Source: Octopus vulgaris
Lineage: Eukaryota
Assembly: GCA_951406725.2 (NCBI GenBank)
Contig: OX597831.1
Span: forward strand, 50,840,001-50,904,000
Length of the DNA stretch: 64,000 nt
Direction of reading: 5' to 3'
Position numbers and translations under genes: made by a program
Part shown: piece by piece, positions 40,346 to 53,527 of the stretch
Layout of the letters: each line of letters starts with the position of its first letter
How positions within the stretch are numbered: position 1 is the stretch's first letter
Notes under the pieces: generated by a model
What the model was told of the DNA's origin: nothing
The model's database searches: none
What the model saw: the letters and a program-made list of their open reading frames with translations, nothing else

Positions 40346-40479
40346 ATGTATCTGTGTATGTGCGTGTGTGCTTTCGTGCGGCGTTCCACATTCGCCGTAC
40401 ATTTCAGTCACTCTTGTGAAGATATTCACGTAGCTTTCACTCATTTTTTCATTTAATCCCCATTTTCATTTTCGAAAAA

Positions 40480-41759
40480 GTTTCCGAGGAAAATGTTCTC
40501 ACTCTCTACAAGCGGAGACGGAGAAAGACAGTACTTCTTTTTTTGGGGATGTTGAAGGACTCCTACGTGAGATGGGGTACGGGTCATAATCCTGAAGAAT
40601 AGAGACTCTTCATAGAGTTCAGCAAAGAAAGACTAAAAGCTGTTTTGCTGCATAATGGTAATCAAAAACCTTCAATACCACTGGCACATGATGTAGGATT
40701 AAAGGAAACTTATGAATCAATGGATAAAAGTTTGTACTTGATTAAATATTCTTAGCACAAGTGAAATATAGGCGAGGACTTGAAAGTTAGTGGTTCGCTT
40801 CTTCATCAGTGTTTTTGTGCCTTTGGAACAGCAGAGATGACAAGTATCACTATGATTAAAAAGAGTGGCCAAAAAGAAGGAGGTAAAACGTTAAATATAT
40901 CCCTTTAGCTGAGCTTCAAAAAATTTACCTTCCTCCCTTACACATTAAACTTGGCTTATTTTATTAAGGCTATGAATGAAGACGGTGAAGGATTCAAATA
41001 TCTCAGTAAAAAAACTTGTTCCTAGCAAGAGTGAAGCTAAGATCAGAGCTGGTGTTTTTAATGGACCAGAAATTCGCACACTAATTTGTGATGAGCTTTT
41101 TCAAAAACAAATTAAGCCCAGTAGTGAAAACTGCTTGGGAAAAATTTGTTTCTCTTGTAAAAAATTTTGGAAGGAATGAAAAATTATCTATGTTGCAATT
41201 GTGAATACTTTTTTGAAAGCTTATAAGCAACTTGGGGCAAGAATGTCTCTAAAAATTTATTTTCTCCACTTTCATCTTGACTTTTTTTCACCCAGTATGG
41301 GTGATGTAAGCGATAAGCATGGTGAACGATTTCATCAAGAAATCAAAGAGCTAGAAAGCCGCTACGGCGCCAGACTTACACTAAATATGAAGGAATACTG
41401 CTAGTTTTTAAAGCGAGAAATAGACACGCAACAAGCGTAAAAGAAGACGCCAAAGCTATTTTTGAAAAACATAAAATTAATCATATTCACTGTATACTTA
41501 TGTTTTATTGGTTTTAGAGCTACTAGTCCACCTAGTTGCTATCGTTCTTATACAAATAACGGTAAATTACGCTTAAAATACAATTCAGTTTACTTGTCAT
41601 GAATTTTCACATTATTGTAATTTTATAGCAATATAATAATGATGGCGCAAAAACGTGACGTGGTGGAATAAAAAATTATTGCAGATTCGGAATCAACGCT
41701 CCTAAATTACTTATGAACTCGATTTCGTCTAATAGGAGCAAAAATGTTGTTGCCTTGTG
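40480..41759 (+). mobile_element. Chapaev3-type (CMC) DNA transposon remnant, 5'-truncated
   Basis: LKAVLLHNGN..PSIP.AH..GLKETYE, LPPLHIKLGL, SEAKI.AGVF.GPEIR and MSLKI.FLH.HLDFF....GDVSD.HGERFHQEI. The 3' terminus is ...CCTTGTG followed by TTA. Confidence 0.75.
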
Positions 41760-41876
41760 TTATTATTGATTGTCACAGACTCAAAATTGTAGATAAATTT
41801 TCACGCATGCATACATATATACATATACATACATACATACATACATACATACATACATACATACATACATACATAC

Positions 41877-41932
<56 letters not shown>

Positions 41933-41963
41933 CATATATATATACATATATATATATACATAC

Positions 41964-42008
<45 letters not shown>

Positions 42009-42024
42009 TATATATGCTCTGTTA

Positions 42025-42232
42025 TTCTTTTATTCTTTTACTTGCTTCAGTCATTTTATTGTGGCCATGTTGGAGCACCGGCTTTAGTCGAACAAATTGA
42101 CCCCAGGTCTTTATCTTTCTAAACCTAGTACTTATTCTAACGGTTTCTTTTACCGAACCGCTAATTTACGGGGACGTAAACACACCAACATCGGTTGTCA
42201 AGCGATAGTGGGAAACAAATACAGACATAAAC

Positions 42233-42265
<33 letters not shown>

Positions 42266-42435
42266 CACACATATACACACGGGCTTCTTTCAGTTTCCGT
42301 CTACCAAATCCGCTCAGAAGGCTTTGGTCAGTCGGAGGCTATGGTAGAAGACACTTCCCCAAGGTGCAACGCAGTGGAACTGAACCGAAATCATGTGGTT
42401 GGGAAGGAAGCTTCTTACCACGCATCCTCGCCTGT
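42025..42435 (-). mobile_element. SINE family A
   Basis: Reverse complement of the 59686 copy. Confidence 0.85.
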
Positions 42436-42951
42436 GCCTATATCTATATATGTATATCAAGGGCAAACGCGTACGTATACGAGTCGTCTACATGCTATAA
42501 GGAGACGCCAATGTCTGGAAACTACCTAACATATCACCGTAAAAATAACACGCGTCGTACTCGTGCAAATAAACGAAAGATTCATCAAACGGTTCAATTA
42601 TATATCAATTGATTTCAAGAGTAAGGGGTAATCCCTTTTTCTATCATCGGTGTAATATAACCAGCTCAAAGCACATAAACACGAACAAAATACATACCTG
42701 TGGAACAGAAAAGGCTCTGTACCGTAAATACGTTGTCAGTACTTATATACATACATGCATATATATATATATATATATATACGGCAAAAAGAAAATGGGG
42801 GGATACAAAAATGACACATCAGCCGGTAGTCATTATATTATGTCTATTTATTCCAAAACATAAGGGAGTATTATAAGAATATATACACATGCAAAGACTG
42901 TATGCTACACAAATATATGCTACTAATACATAAAAGAGTAAAAGATCAGTT

Positions 42952-43074
42952 CCTTACGGCCGTTTCTGCCACGAGGCCACGATATTCTCCATGCTAGCTC
43001 CATCTCTTCAGTGTTCTGTAGGGATGGGTAGATAGAGCTTGGATGTTGAGTGTGCTTCTAGGCTTCCTCAGAGG
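42952..43074 (-). ncRNA. Type I hammerhead motif with ~98-nt helix II
   Basis: The minus strand reads CCU CUGAGGA A GCC...GGC A GAAA CGGCCG UA AGG, with a palindromic helix III ACGGCCGU. Confidence 0.6.
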
Positions 43075-44369
43075 GTTCTAAATGTTTAGGAGAGCCGATA
43101 CATACAAGAGTCAGTTACTAATAGGTACAGTATATTTTTCTTATTGAAGAGCGTATAAGAAGAATAGGAGCAAGACTTAGAGTGTGAGAGGAATAAAATT
43201 TAGTAAAATGGATTAGGTCTAGGAAAGAGAAATTAGTCATAGACTTCAAGTGTTGCCTTCCAAGATTCATGTTATTTTGTCCAGTGGTGGATAGGTCAAT
43301 ATAGTCGTTCTAAGGAGGAATTTTTTAAGAAGGGTGAAAAAGGCAGTGGATCGTATTTTGTTTACATATAATTATACGTTGTTTGTGTTTACAATGGTGG
43401 ATTTGAAATTATGGTTTGAAAGTATAGTCCGTGTATCAGAGGTGGAATTTTATATGTAGGATATCAGTTGGTACTAAAGAGAGTATGGCACCAGGTGGTG
43501 ACCAAAGTACGATGTTCGTTATTTTTTCGATCAACAAGTCCCTGGATCCTTGTGTGCAGTGGTTATGGCCAGTCCTGCAACCTAATTATAACATGTTTCT
43601 TCAAACTACTACCCCACTTAAATTAAACACTGAATTGAACACTTAATTAAATAATTTAATGCTATAACACAGTGCCATCCATTTAATACTTTACATCCAT
43701 TATTCTATATTTTACTAGTATAGGTTTTAGCAATAAATGACTATAACTCAGAAAAACAATCAATCGATCCGGTCCGTTCCATTTGTTTCCCTTGTCAGAA
43801 AATCCTCCTTACTATGCTTACCGACAAAAATGAATCCTCTGTCCTTCTCCTATATTATGTTTAACAATATAGCTGATTCCCCTGATAGATAGATATATAT
43901 TTTACATTTTTAGTTTTTATTTTATACGTTTGCAATAATTTATTTTTTCTTATGCTGCCCCTTAAGATCATATTCCCTTAGTCATATTGCTTTAGTTATC
44001 ATACTCACTCAAATATTTATTTATTTATTTACTTGTCTAAATTTAATTTAATTTAATTTAATTTAATTTAATCTAGTTTGAATGTTATTTTGTTCTCCTA
44101 CTTGTCCATATTGGCCACGGCTTTTTAGCCATTTATTCTTTAATTTATTTATTTACTTATTTATTTATCAGACTTGTTTTTGTGTTATCTGTTAACCATC
44201 AATGAACCGGAGCTGCGTCCTACTTTTCAAAAAATAGCTGCCCAATTAGGTTACAGGACATCCCATTACCACTGCAAAACAAAGATTCAGGGACTTGTTG
44301 ATCGAAAAAATAACGAACATGAACACCGTTATTATATCGAATTAATAGCATACGATAGATAATTGTTAG

Positions 44370-44454
44370 TTCACTACAGCTGTTTCTTACACATCTTTTT
44401 AATAGAAGAATGAGATCATTACTCCATTACAAAAGACCGTAACCCTCAGATGAA
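44370..44454 (-). ncRNA. Degenerate type I hammerhead motif
   Basis: The minus strand reads UUCAU CUGAGGG UUAC...GUAA GAAA CAGCUG UA GUGAA. It has an A9G change and a long, well-paired helix II. Confidence 0.62.
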
Positions 44455-44887
44455 TCATAATTTTACAAAAACAAAAAAGAATATCCTAAAAGTACAGCAG
44501 GGATGTGCCTGAAGTCTGTCGAAGGCATCTATGATGCTTAAGAGACAGCTGTAATGAGGTGACAATTATCCATTGTAAGTTATAATTCATTTGATTATAA
44601 TACACCAAGGGGAATTACGACTTGTTGGACATCCTAGAATATACCAACAACGTACTATTCAAAGTAACCCGTGATTTGGACCAGCCTCTAGGCGCTAAAT
44701 ATTCATAGGGTTGGGGGTTTTTTTCTGAGTACACAACCGGAATATCCTATTTGGTACTTACCAGCCATAGGCCGGAACCACATGTTTATCCAACCGTACC
44801 TGGCGCATATCTTTTCAAGTACCTGATTCTCTCTTAATCCTTACATTACCCTTATTTTACTATACACACACACACACACATACACAC

Positions 44888-44961
<74 letters not shown>

Positions 44962-45912
44962 ATGTTTATATGCCAACATAACGTGGCAATCCTGTAAAGG
45001 ACGATGTTACTGTTGTTTTAGCCCAGGAAAACATCTTTTCCAGCTGACTAACGGCACACAGTCTGTGTCCATATATAACATTTGCAAGGGAGGTCATCGC
45101 TCCCATCTCCAGCCTCACGTGATACTCAAAGACCTAGATTTCTGAATGCTGTCCGTCCTCAGTGTGACACAATCACCAGCTATGTGACGAAAGCCGTATA
45201 TACACACACGCGCGGGATCGCACGTTTTGTGCATGGTCATGCTTTTTCGTTTAGTATGTTGCATTGCAATCGAAACTGGAAATTTTGTTGGTGTTTTGTT
45301 TTAAATTATGCTTTGTTCATCATATATTCTGAACGATTTATAACGTTCAACGTTCTTCTTAATACTATTATTACTTACATTATATAAACATGTTTTAATC
45401 GTATTTCAACTGGATTACCGCTTATTTTGTTCATTTATTGGATTTTTGTTTTTACTACTTAGTTTTTTTAATATACAGCATTCTAGTTTTCTACATCATC
45501 TAGAAAATCTTTTTTGTCTTGATTCGAAGACAATAAGTACGAAATTACCGTATCTAGTTAATATACAAGTTTGATCTGAGCAGACTGAACTACTGAGCAC
45601 TAGAATTATAACCATACTTATTACATTAGAACATTTCGAAATTTTGTTAGACATTTACATCTTACCTATAATCACACTGGAAATGTATAACTGACTCTGT
45701 AATTACGCTGATATCATTACCAGCTATCGGCAACAGAGTTGCTTTAATATTAAGAAAGGTTTATATATATGTGTGTGATTAATTTTGTTTTTCTTTTGTT
45801 TTGTTTTGTGTATGTGTGTGTGTGTGTTTTTCTTTACATAAGTTTACGATTTAGTTAGTACTTTTCTGTTGCCTTATATAATCTCACTCTCTCCCTCGCC
45901 ATCTTTAACACA

Positions 45913-45978
<66 letters not shown>

Positions 45979-46475
45979 CCATGTAGCTCTTCCTTCAATA
46001 ATATTTACGGGTTGATTTTTTTTAATAAAATTATCTAGGTGTAGTAATCGATTAATACATGTGTGTGGTCCAGAGAGAGAGAGAGGGGGGACAGAGAGAA
46101 AGGGACAGAGAGAGAGGGGGACAGAGAGAAGGAGACAGAGAGAGAGAGAGGGGGACAGAGAGAAAGAGACAGAGAATGCATTTGTGTGAGTGTATGTGTG
46201 TGTATATGAGAGAATGAAAGATTGTGCGTGAGTATATGTATGTACGTTGTGCATGTGTGTGCGCCTGTATGTATACCTGTGTTGTGTGTGTGCGTGTATA
46301 TGTGAGTGTGTGTGCATGTCTGAGTGTATGTGTGTATGTTTATTTGTGTATATGTGTGTATGTGTGTGTGTGCGCGCGTGTGTGTCTATTTTGTATTATT
46401 TAGTCGGAAGCTGAGATGCGACTTTCACATAAGATACAGATCAACACGGATGATTTCAAAATTAGAACCTACATC

Positions 46476-46517
<42 letters not shown>

Positions 46518-46561
46518 CATATATACATACATATATACATACATATATATATATATACACA

Positions 46562-46980
46562 TAGGTATGACTGTGTGGTAAGAAGCTTGCTTCCCAGGAT
46601 TCAATCCCATTTCGTGGCACCTCGGGTAAGTATCTTCTACTATAGCCTTGGGTTGACCAAAACCATGTGAATGAATTTGGTAGACGGAAACTGAAAGAAG
46701 CCTGTCGTATATATATATATGTGTGTGTATGTGTGTGTGTGTGTGTGTATATCTTTGTGTCTGTGTTTGTCCATCCCTCATCACCGCTTGACAATCATTG
46801 TTGGTGTGTTTACGTCCCCGTAATCTAGCAGTTCGTTATAAGAGTCCGATAGAATAAGTACCACGCTTTTAAAAAATGCTTTGGTGGCGATTTGTTCGAC
46901 TAATAGGTGATGCTCCAGCATGGCCGCAATCGCATGATTGAAACAAGGAAAAGAATAAAAGAATAAAAGAATAAAAGAAT
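46562..46980 (+). mobile_element. SINE family A
   Basis: Head, internal (TA)/(TG) tract and AAAAGAAT tail. Confidence 0.85.
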
Positions 46981-47213
46981 GTATATAAACGTCTGTTGTG
47001 TGTTGCGTACCGTTACTAATAAATCCATTGTAAATAAACAACGATAGATAAAAACAAACGTATACATAAAAGTCACAGAGAGTCACCAATTCGTCATTGG
47101 GTACCAACCAGAATGGTAATATTCAGTTTCGGACCTTTAATGATAAGAGTGAGGAGCTTCCCATCTTGGCGGTGCCTGCGAAAAAGGCACTACGTGTGTG
47201 TGTGTGTGTGTGT

Positions 47214-47288
<75 letters not shown>

Positions 47289-47490
47289 GCTTACACTCTG
47301 TTATAATTGTGTAGCTTGATTGAATCGAGGAATTTTGAGTGTTGGATTCAAGAGATCAATTATCCAGTTATGCTTATAGAGATGGATCTGGTGCACATCA
47401 TATAATAAAGATGGAGGAGATGGAGACCTTCTTCTACATCGTCGATCGGTTGGCTAGAAATAGCAGTAAATAACCCTAAAATTCCACCCT

Positions 47491-47716
47491 CTCTTTTACT
47501 CTTTTACTCTTTTACTTGTTTCAGTCATTTGACTGCGGCCATGCTGGAGCATCGCCTTTAGTCGAGCAAATCGATTCCGGGACTTATTCTTTGTAAGCCC
47601 TGTACTTATTCTATCGGTCTCTTTTTGCCGAACCGCTAAGTGACGGGGATGTAAACACACCAGCATCGGTTGTCAAGCAATGCTAGGGGGACAAACACAG
47701 ACACACAAACATACAC

Positions 47717-47775
<59 letters not shown>

Positions 47776-47934
47776 TACGACAGGCTTCATTCAGTTTCCG
47801 TCTACCAAATTCACTCACAAGGCATTGGTCGGCCCGAGGCTATAGTAGAAGACACTTGCCCAAGATGCCACGCAGTGGGACTGAACCCGGAACCATATGG
47901 TTGGTAAGCAAGCTACTTACCACCCAGCCACTCC
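47491..47934 (-). mobile_element. SINE family A
   Basis: Reverse complement of the 59686 copy. Confidence 0.9.
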
Positions 47935-48149
47935 TAAATTTTTATTTAAAAAGAAAAAGAAAAACATAACGACAAGTTGAATAATATAGTTCCTCGTAAC
48001 ACTTTGAATAAGAAAAGAATGTTCACTACATCATCTCCACCAGAGATGGTATTACGGTATTCAGTGAAACAACAACAGCAGCTGCCACCACACCACTACA
48101 GTCACCATCACCACGACCACCACCACTGCTGCTGCTACCGCTGCTGCTG

Positions 48150-48198
<49 letters not shown>

Positions 48199-48897
48199 CT
48201 CTAAATTTTGATCTCTAATGTTCATTTGAAGTGTAACTTTTAACAAAAACTATGAAGGGTAACCTATCAGTTGATATTTGGAAGAAGAAGAAGAAGAAGA
48301 AGAAGAAGAAGAAGAAGAAAAAGAAGAAAAAGAAGAAGAACAAGAACAAGAAGAAGAAGAATGAGGAGGAGGAGGAGGAGGAGGAGGAGGAGGAGGAGGA
48401 GGAGGAGGAACGAAGTTAAATCGTGTAGAGTTGTAGTTAACACGCTAGTGCACTCTCAATCCTGAAAACACCTTTGCCGTGAAAACTGTCTCGGCAGAGA
48501 AATTCATGTTATCGATAATGTGTGGAAAAAAAACACCATGCCTTCTAGCTTAGTACAGGGTGTTTTTTTTTTTTAATACACATTCTCTCTCTTTCTCCTT
48601 TTCTCTCCCTCTTACCCCTTCTCTCTCTCATATATATTTATTTATATGTGTGCATGATTTTTCGTTGAGTTTTATTTAAATTCTTCTTGAGAAGGTTCAA
48701 GCCGCTTGCTATGCAAGCTTTATGTATGTATGTATGTATGTATGTATGCATGCATGCATGTATGTATGTATGTATGTATGTATGTATGTATGTATGTATG
48801 TATGTATGCATGCACGCATGTATATACATTATGCTGCTAAAAGATTTGGTGACATATCAACTAAACCAATATTCGAAAGAGTGTTACTAAAGAAACG

Positions 48898-49285
48898 GGA
48901 GGCGCAATGGCTCAGTGGTTAGGGCAGCGGACTCGCGGTCATAAGATCGCGGTTTCGATTCCCAGACCGGGTGTTGTGAGTGTTTATTGAGCGAAAACAC
49001 CTAAAGCTCCACGAGGCTCCGGCAGGGGATGGTGGTGATCCCTGCTGTACTCTTTCACCACAACTTTCTCTCACTCTTACTTCCTATTTCTGTTGTACCT
49101 GTATTTCAAAGGGCCGGCCTTGTCACTCTCTGCGTCACGCTGAATATCCCCGAGAACTACGTTAAGGGTACACGTGTCTGTGGAGTGCTCAGCCACTTAC
49201 ACGTTAATTTCACGAGCAGGCTGTTCCGTTGATCGGATCAACCGGAACCCTCGTCGTCGTAACCGTCGGAGTACTTCCATATTCC
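48898..49285 (+). mobile_element. tRNA-Arg(TCG)-like SINE (family E head with a different 3' half)
   Basis: A box TGGCTCAGTGG, loop GACTCGCG and B-box-like GGTTTCGATTCCC. The first ~190 nt are shared with 42-230. Confidence 0.85.
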
Positions 49286-49666
49286 ATCCAATCGTGTTCC
49301 AAATAAATGCCTTTTCGAAACACGAATGAGAATTTTGGGTATCTAATACCCAAAATTCTAATTATTTCGTAATTTCTTGGCAACAGAGAAAGAGCATGTA
49401 TGTATGTATGTATCTTCTGTATTTAACCACTTAAATTCTTCCTCTGAAGAAGGAGCTGGTTTCTAACAAAGATTCAAATCTCTATCTGTGGAATGTAGAT
49501 AACGAAAACAATATCACATTTTAAACCTGACAAAAGTCTTGTATGGTTCTATTGTTTCGCTTACAGATTATATTTGTAATGTGCGAATCAGTTGGTTGAT
49601 TTCTTTTTCTGAAAATCCAAGCTTATCTAGACTGGCAGTGAGACATTTACTTACAAAACCAAGTAA

Positions 49667-49996
49667 AGGTAAAGACCCCCTTCGGTCATGAATGACCATG
49701 GGATTGCACCTAGAAAGTTACCCTCCTAGACACAAGTCCGGGCAAGGTTGTTTATGGAAGACCAGCAATCGCCCATGCATACCAGCCTCCTCTCTCCACG
49801 CCACCAGTGTTATCCAAGGGAAAGACAAAGGTCGATACAACTTGGCACCTGTGACGTCGTAACTCATTTCTACAGCTGAATGAACTGGAGCAACGTGAAA
49901 ATAAAGTGCTTTGCTCAAGAACACAACACGCAGCCCGGACCGGGATTCGAGCTCACAACCTCACGATCGTAAGCTCGACGCTCTAACCACTGAGCC
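49667..49996 (-). mobile_element. SINE family C
   Basis: Reverse complement of 5951-6294, with CCAAGTAA duplicated at 49659 and 49995. Confidence 0.9.
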
Positions 49997-50149
49997 AAGT
50001 AATCCAATTATTATTGGTACCAATGTAAATTTGTGATCAGTATATAGTAGCTGGAGGTTTCGGAGCAGTTGTTCATAGTTATCGTCTTTCTCTTTGATTT
50101 TCAAAGATATATTCAGGACAGCTGAATTCTATGACGGTACATATTTTTC

Positions 50150-51003
50150 TTGTCTATCTCAAACAACAATAGCCGTCATGTCATGTTTACACTTGACAGA
50201 TGTTTTGAGGGAAATGTTCCACCAATATTCCTTGTGTTAGTATTTGTATACGTATTCCACAAGGGGATTCTCCTATATTTATTCCAAGACAGTCTTTATC
50301 CCGAATGACATTAGGTATCTGTTTTTGCGACAACGTCATGTCGTATAGGAAGACTACCTTGATGACATTTTTAGATAGCTGTTAATCATGTGTGATGTCT
50401 TCCCTAGAAATATGACATAATCTACGTTTACGGTTGCATCTTAGAACTCCGAGGGCTTCACTGTCACTTTTATTCATTAGGTATTTAGTACAACCGCTTG
50501 TTCTTGGATTGTAAATGCATAACCTTCAAAGTGTGATGTGATGTAGCGGTCATGAGTCAAGGAGAGGTTTCGCTTCAAGTCAATGCTACTGCCTTCTTCA
50601 AGTCTATGAGAAAAATACCTATATATGGTCTTTTTTTGATATGCTGAACGTTTCACCTAGGGTCTTCTTTGAGGTAGACTAGTCCAGCTGTTTTGGGGTT
50701 GTATATTGTTTGGGGGGGGGGGGCATCAGGAAGAGAACGCTTCCTGAGGAGCTCATTTCCAACACGTAGGATATTGCTTTTTTCACTCTTCAGCACTAAG
50801 TTAATGTATTTATTTTTGCTGCTATCGTTTAGCAAGTGCTGTCTGAGAGAGACTACGCAACATTCAAAAGCTATCCGCACTGATCTCAAGCCCTTACCTC
50901 CTTTATCTCTTGTTAGATAGAAGCTGTCGATATTACTATTTTTGTGGAGATTTCCAGTTGATGTTATAATCTTGCGGGTTTTACTGTCAAGTATCCTAAA
51001 TCC
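50150..51003 (-). pseudogene. R4/Dong-like non-LTR retrotransposon remnant
   Basis: LD.KTRK.....GNLH.NS.ID..YL.R.KGGKGL; SHFEGY.F.IQEQ; RLC....EDITH; RHDVVAK. The left end is approximate. Confidence 0.75.
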
Positions 51004-51472
51004 ATGTATGTATGTATGTATGTATGTATGTTTGTATGTATGTATGTATGTATGTATGTATGTATGTATGTATGTGGCCAAATGGTAATTAATTTATTTT
51101 CTTTGCTTGATTTATTGCAGGACAACATCTACAATCTTTAACGAGCAGATATTTTTCGTCACGGCGACGACTTCCTCGAAAAATAACTAACAAACAGATA
51201 TTTATAAATTATGTTGAACATCTTTCATATTTTAATTGTATTTCTATAAGAAATGCTTCCTTGGAATGTTATATAATGTTTCGTTCATTTTTTAAATGTG
51301 ATTATAACTGAAAGGCGATGAAGGCGGAATATTCGCTTCGATTGCAATTAACACCTGTGTAATGAAACCATAGATTCCGTGTAAAAATTTAAATTGAAAA
51401 TTTATTGTTTTCTTCAACCTGACTTCATTTGCATCTTTTACTTATTTAATGTAAGCATGTATCTGTATTTCC

Positions 51473-51512
<40 letters not shown>

Positions 51513-51627
51513 GCATATATATATATATGTGTATATATATATATGTATAAATATATATGTATATATATATATATATGTAGGTGTATATATGTATATATGT
51601 GTGTATATATGTATATGTGTGTATATA

Positions 51628-51669
<42 letters not shown>

Positions 51670-53196
51670 TATTTCTTTTGCTTCTTTATTCATTTAAAGT
51701 TAAAGATTCTGAAGTTTTTATTTCATTGCAGTTTCTTGCTATTTCAGTCACGAAATATTCACAAATCAGAAAATTCACAACTATCGGTTAAAGATTAACT
51801 GAGGATTAAGAAAATAACTGATATATTGATGAAATGGAACGTGTTTGTTACGATAGACTCGAAAAAGAATTTCTCAATGAGCCGATAGTGATATCAAATT
51901 ACACTTTTTAAGGGTAATTTTCTAGTATTTAAGCTGTAGTTAAAATGTAATTAAATGTTAAGGCTTCACAACCAAACATATCAATGAAGCCACATATTTG
52001 TGTGATATTGGATGTGTTACGCTTTTAACTTATTTCAATTAAATTGTAATATCATTAACCGTATTTCCTTTAATAATCGTTCGAAGGCAATAATGTTAAT
52101 GAAAAGTTTGATTTGGAAGCTGTTGAATCAATAAAAGGTCAGATGGCTTCTCAGAAGAAACTGGAGATTTTAACATTTTCTAGCGCCATGTAGTCTAGAT
52201 TTCAGAGATTTCGACATTTCCGGCGCCATGTAGTCTCCATGGTCACTACGATAGCATCTGGAATCCAAAGAAAACCGGCGCAAGTCTGTGTTGGCAACAA
52301 TTAATCCTTGGGTGATGTTCAGTTCGATTACTATAAGAAGTGTGGTATCTAGTTTTAGCGAGCTTCGTTTTTCGTATGACAGTAAAATTAAGATATGAAT
52401 TGATGTTGTCGTTAGAACTGTAAGCAAGAAAATGAGAAAAAAACGTGAGAATGTGGAGAACGAAACTAAGGCAGTGTCAGAAGTTAGGAATGTGAGATTA
52501 AGAAAGATGAAGAAGCTAAGAATTGAAGAGGGATTATATACAGTCAATACCTCGATCAAGGCAAAAAGAAAGATGAGTTCATGTAAAAACGGCAGTAATA
52601 AATGTAACGTTTAAACATACTCTCCTGTAAATGTGTGGTTTTCAATTATAGTTATCACTCTTTGCTTCCAGTACTAATTCCCTTCAGAAAGATACGAGCG
52701 AAGAACAATTTCACTCACTCCCTAACAATTCTTCATACATTTCTTTTGTCTGTGTAAGAAACGAAATCATATGGAAACTTAACTACTTTCGAAGATTCGC
52801 GTCTCTGCCTATCATGTGTGTGATACATCGAAGAGCATAGCAAGTAGCATACAAAACAAATGGTGTGTCGAGAGGTGAAAGTAGACTTGTCTTGCCAATG
52901 ATTATATATTATTAACCAGCTTATTACATAACATCAGCACTCAACTGAAATTTATTACACGTCAAATCTCTTGAATGAATAATTGTGATATGAATTTTAA
53001 TTTTCCAAGCTATTAAGTTGCGGTTAATAGATCGAATAATTTAGACAATTAAATGTGTCACTTTTTGTCTTGTTATTTAGAAGGAAGATATTTTAGAAAC
53101 TAAAAATGGAATACCGAGATGTTTGTAGCATTTATAAGATAGATCAATTCAGTCAATCAAGACTACAACAACAGTCTGCGGGTTTGGTCAAGGTCT

Positions 53197-53527
53197 GAGA
53201 CCCCCTTCGGTCACGATACAGACCATGGGATTGCATCTAGAAAGTTACCCTCCCAGGTACAAGTCAGAGCAAGGTTGTTTACGGAAAACCGGCAGTCGCC
53301 CATGCATACCAGCCTCCCTTCTCCATGCCACTGATGTTATCCAAGGGAAAGACAAAGGCCGATACAGCTTGGCACCTGTGACGTCGCAACTCATTTCTAC
53401 AGCTGAGTGAACTGGAGTAACGTGAAATAAAGTGTCTTGCTCAAGAACACAACACGCAACTCGATCCGGGATTCGAGCTCACAACCTCACGATCGTTAGC
53501 TCGAAGCTCTAACCACTGAGCCATGCG
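53197..53527 (-). mobile_element. SINE family C
   Basis: Reverse complement of 5951-6294, with GTCAAGGT duplicated on both flanks. Confidence 0.9.

Noticed and set aside
52162-52236. Two ~33-bp direct repeats (GAGATTT..ACATTT...GCGCCATGTAGTCT)
   Set aside because: Only two imperfect units in a eukaryotic context; an ordinary local duplication, not a CRISPR array.
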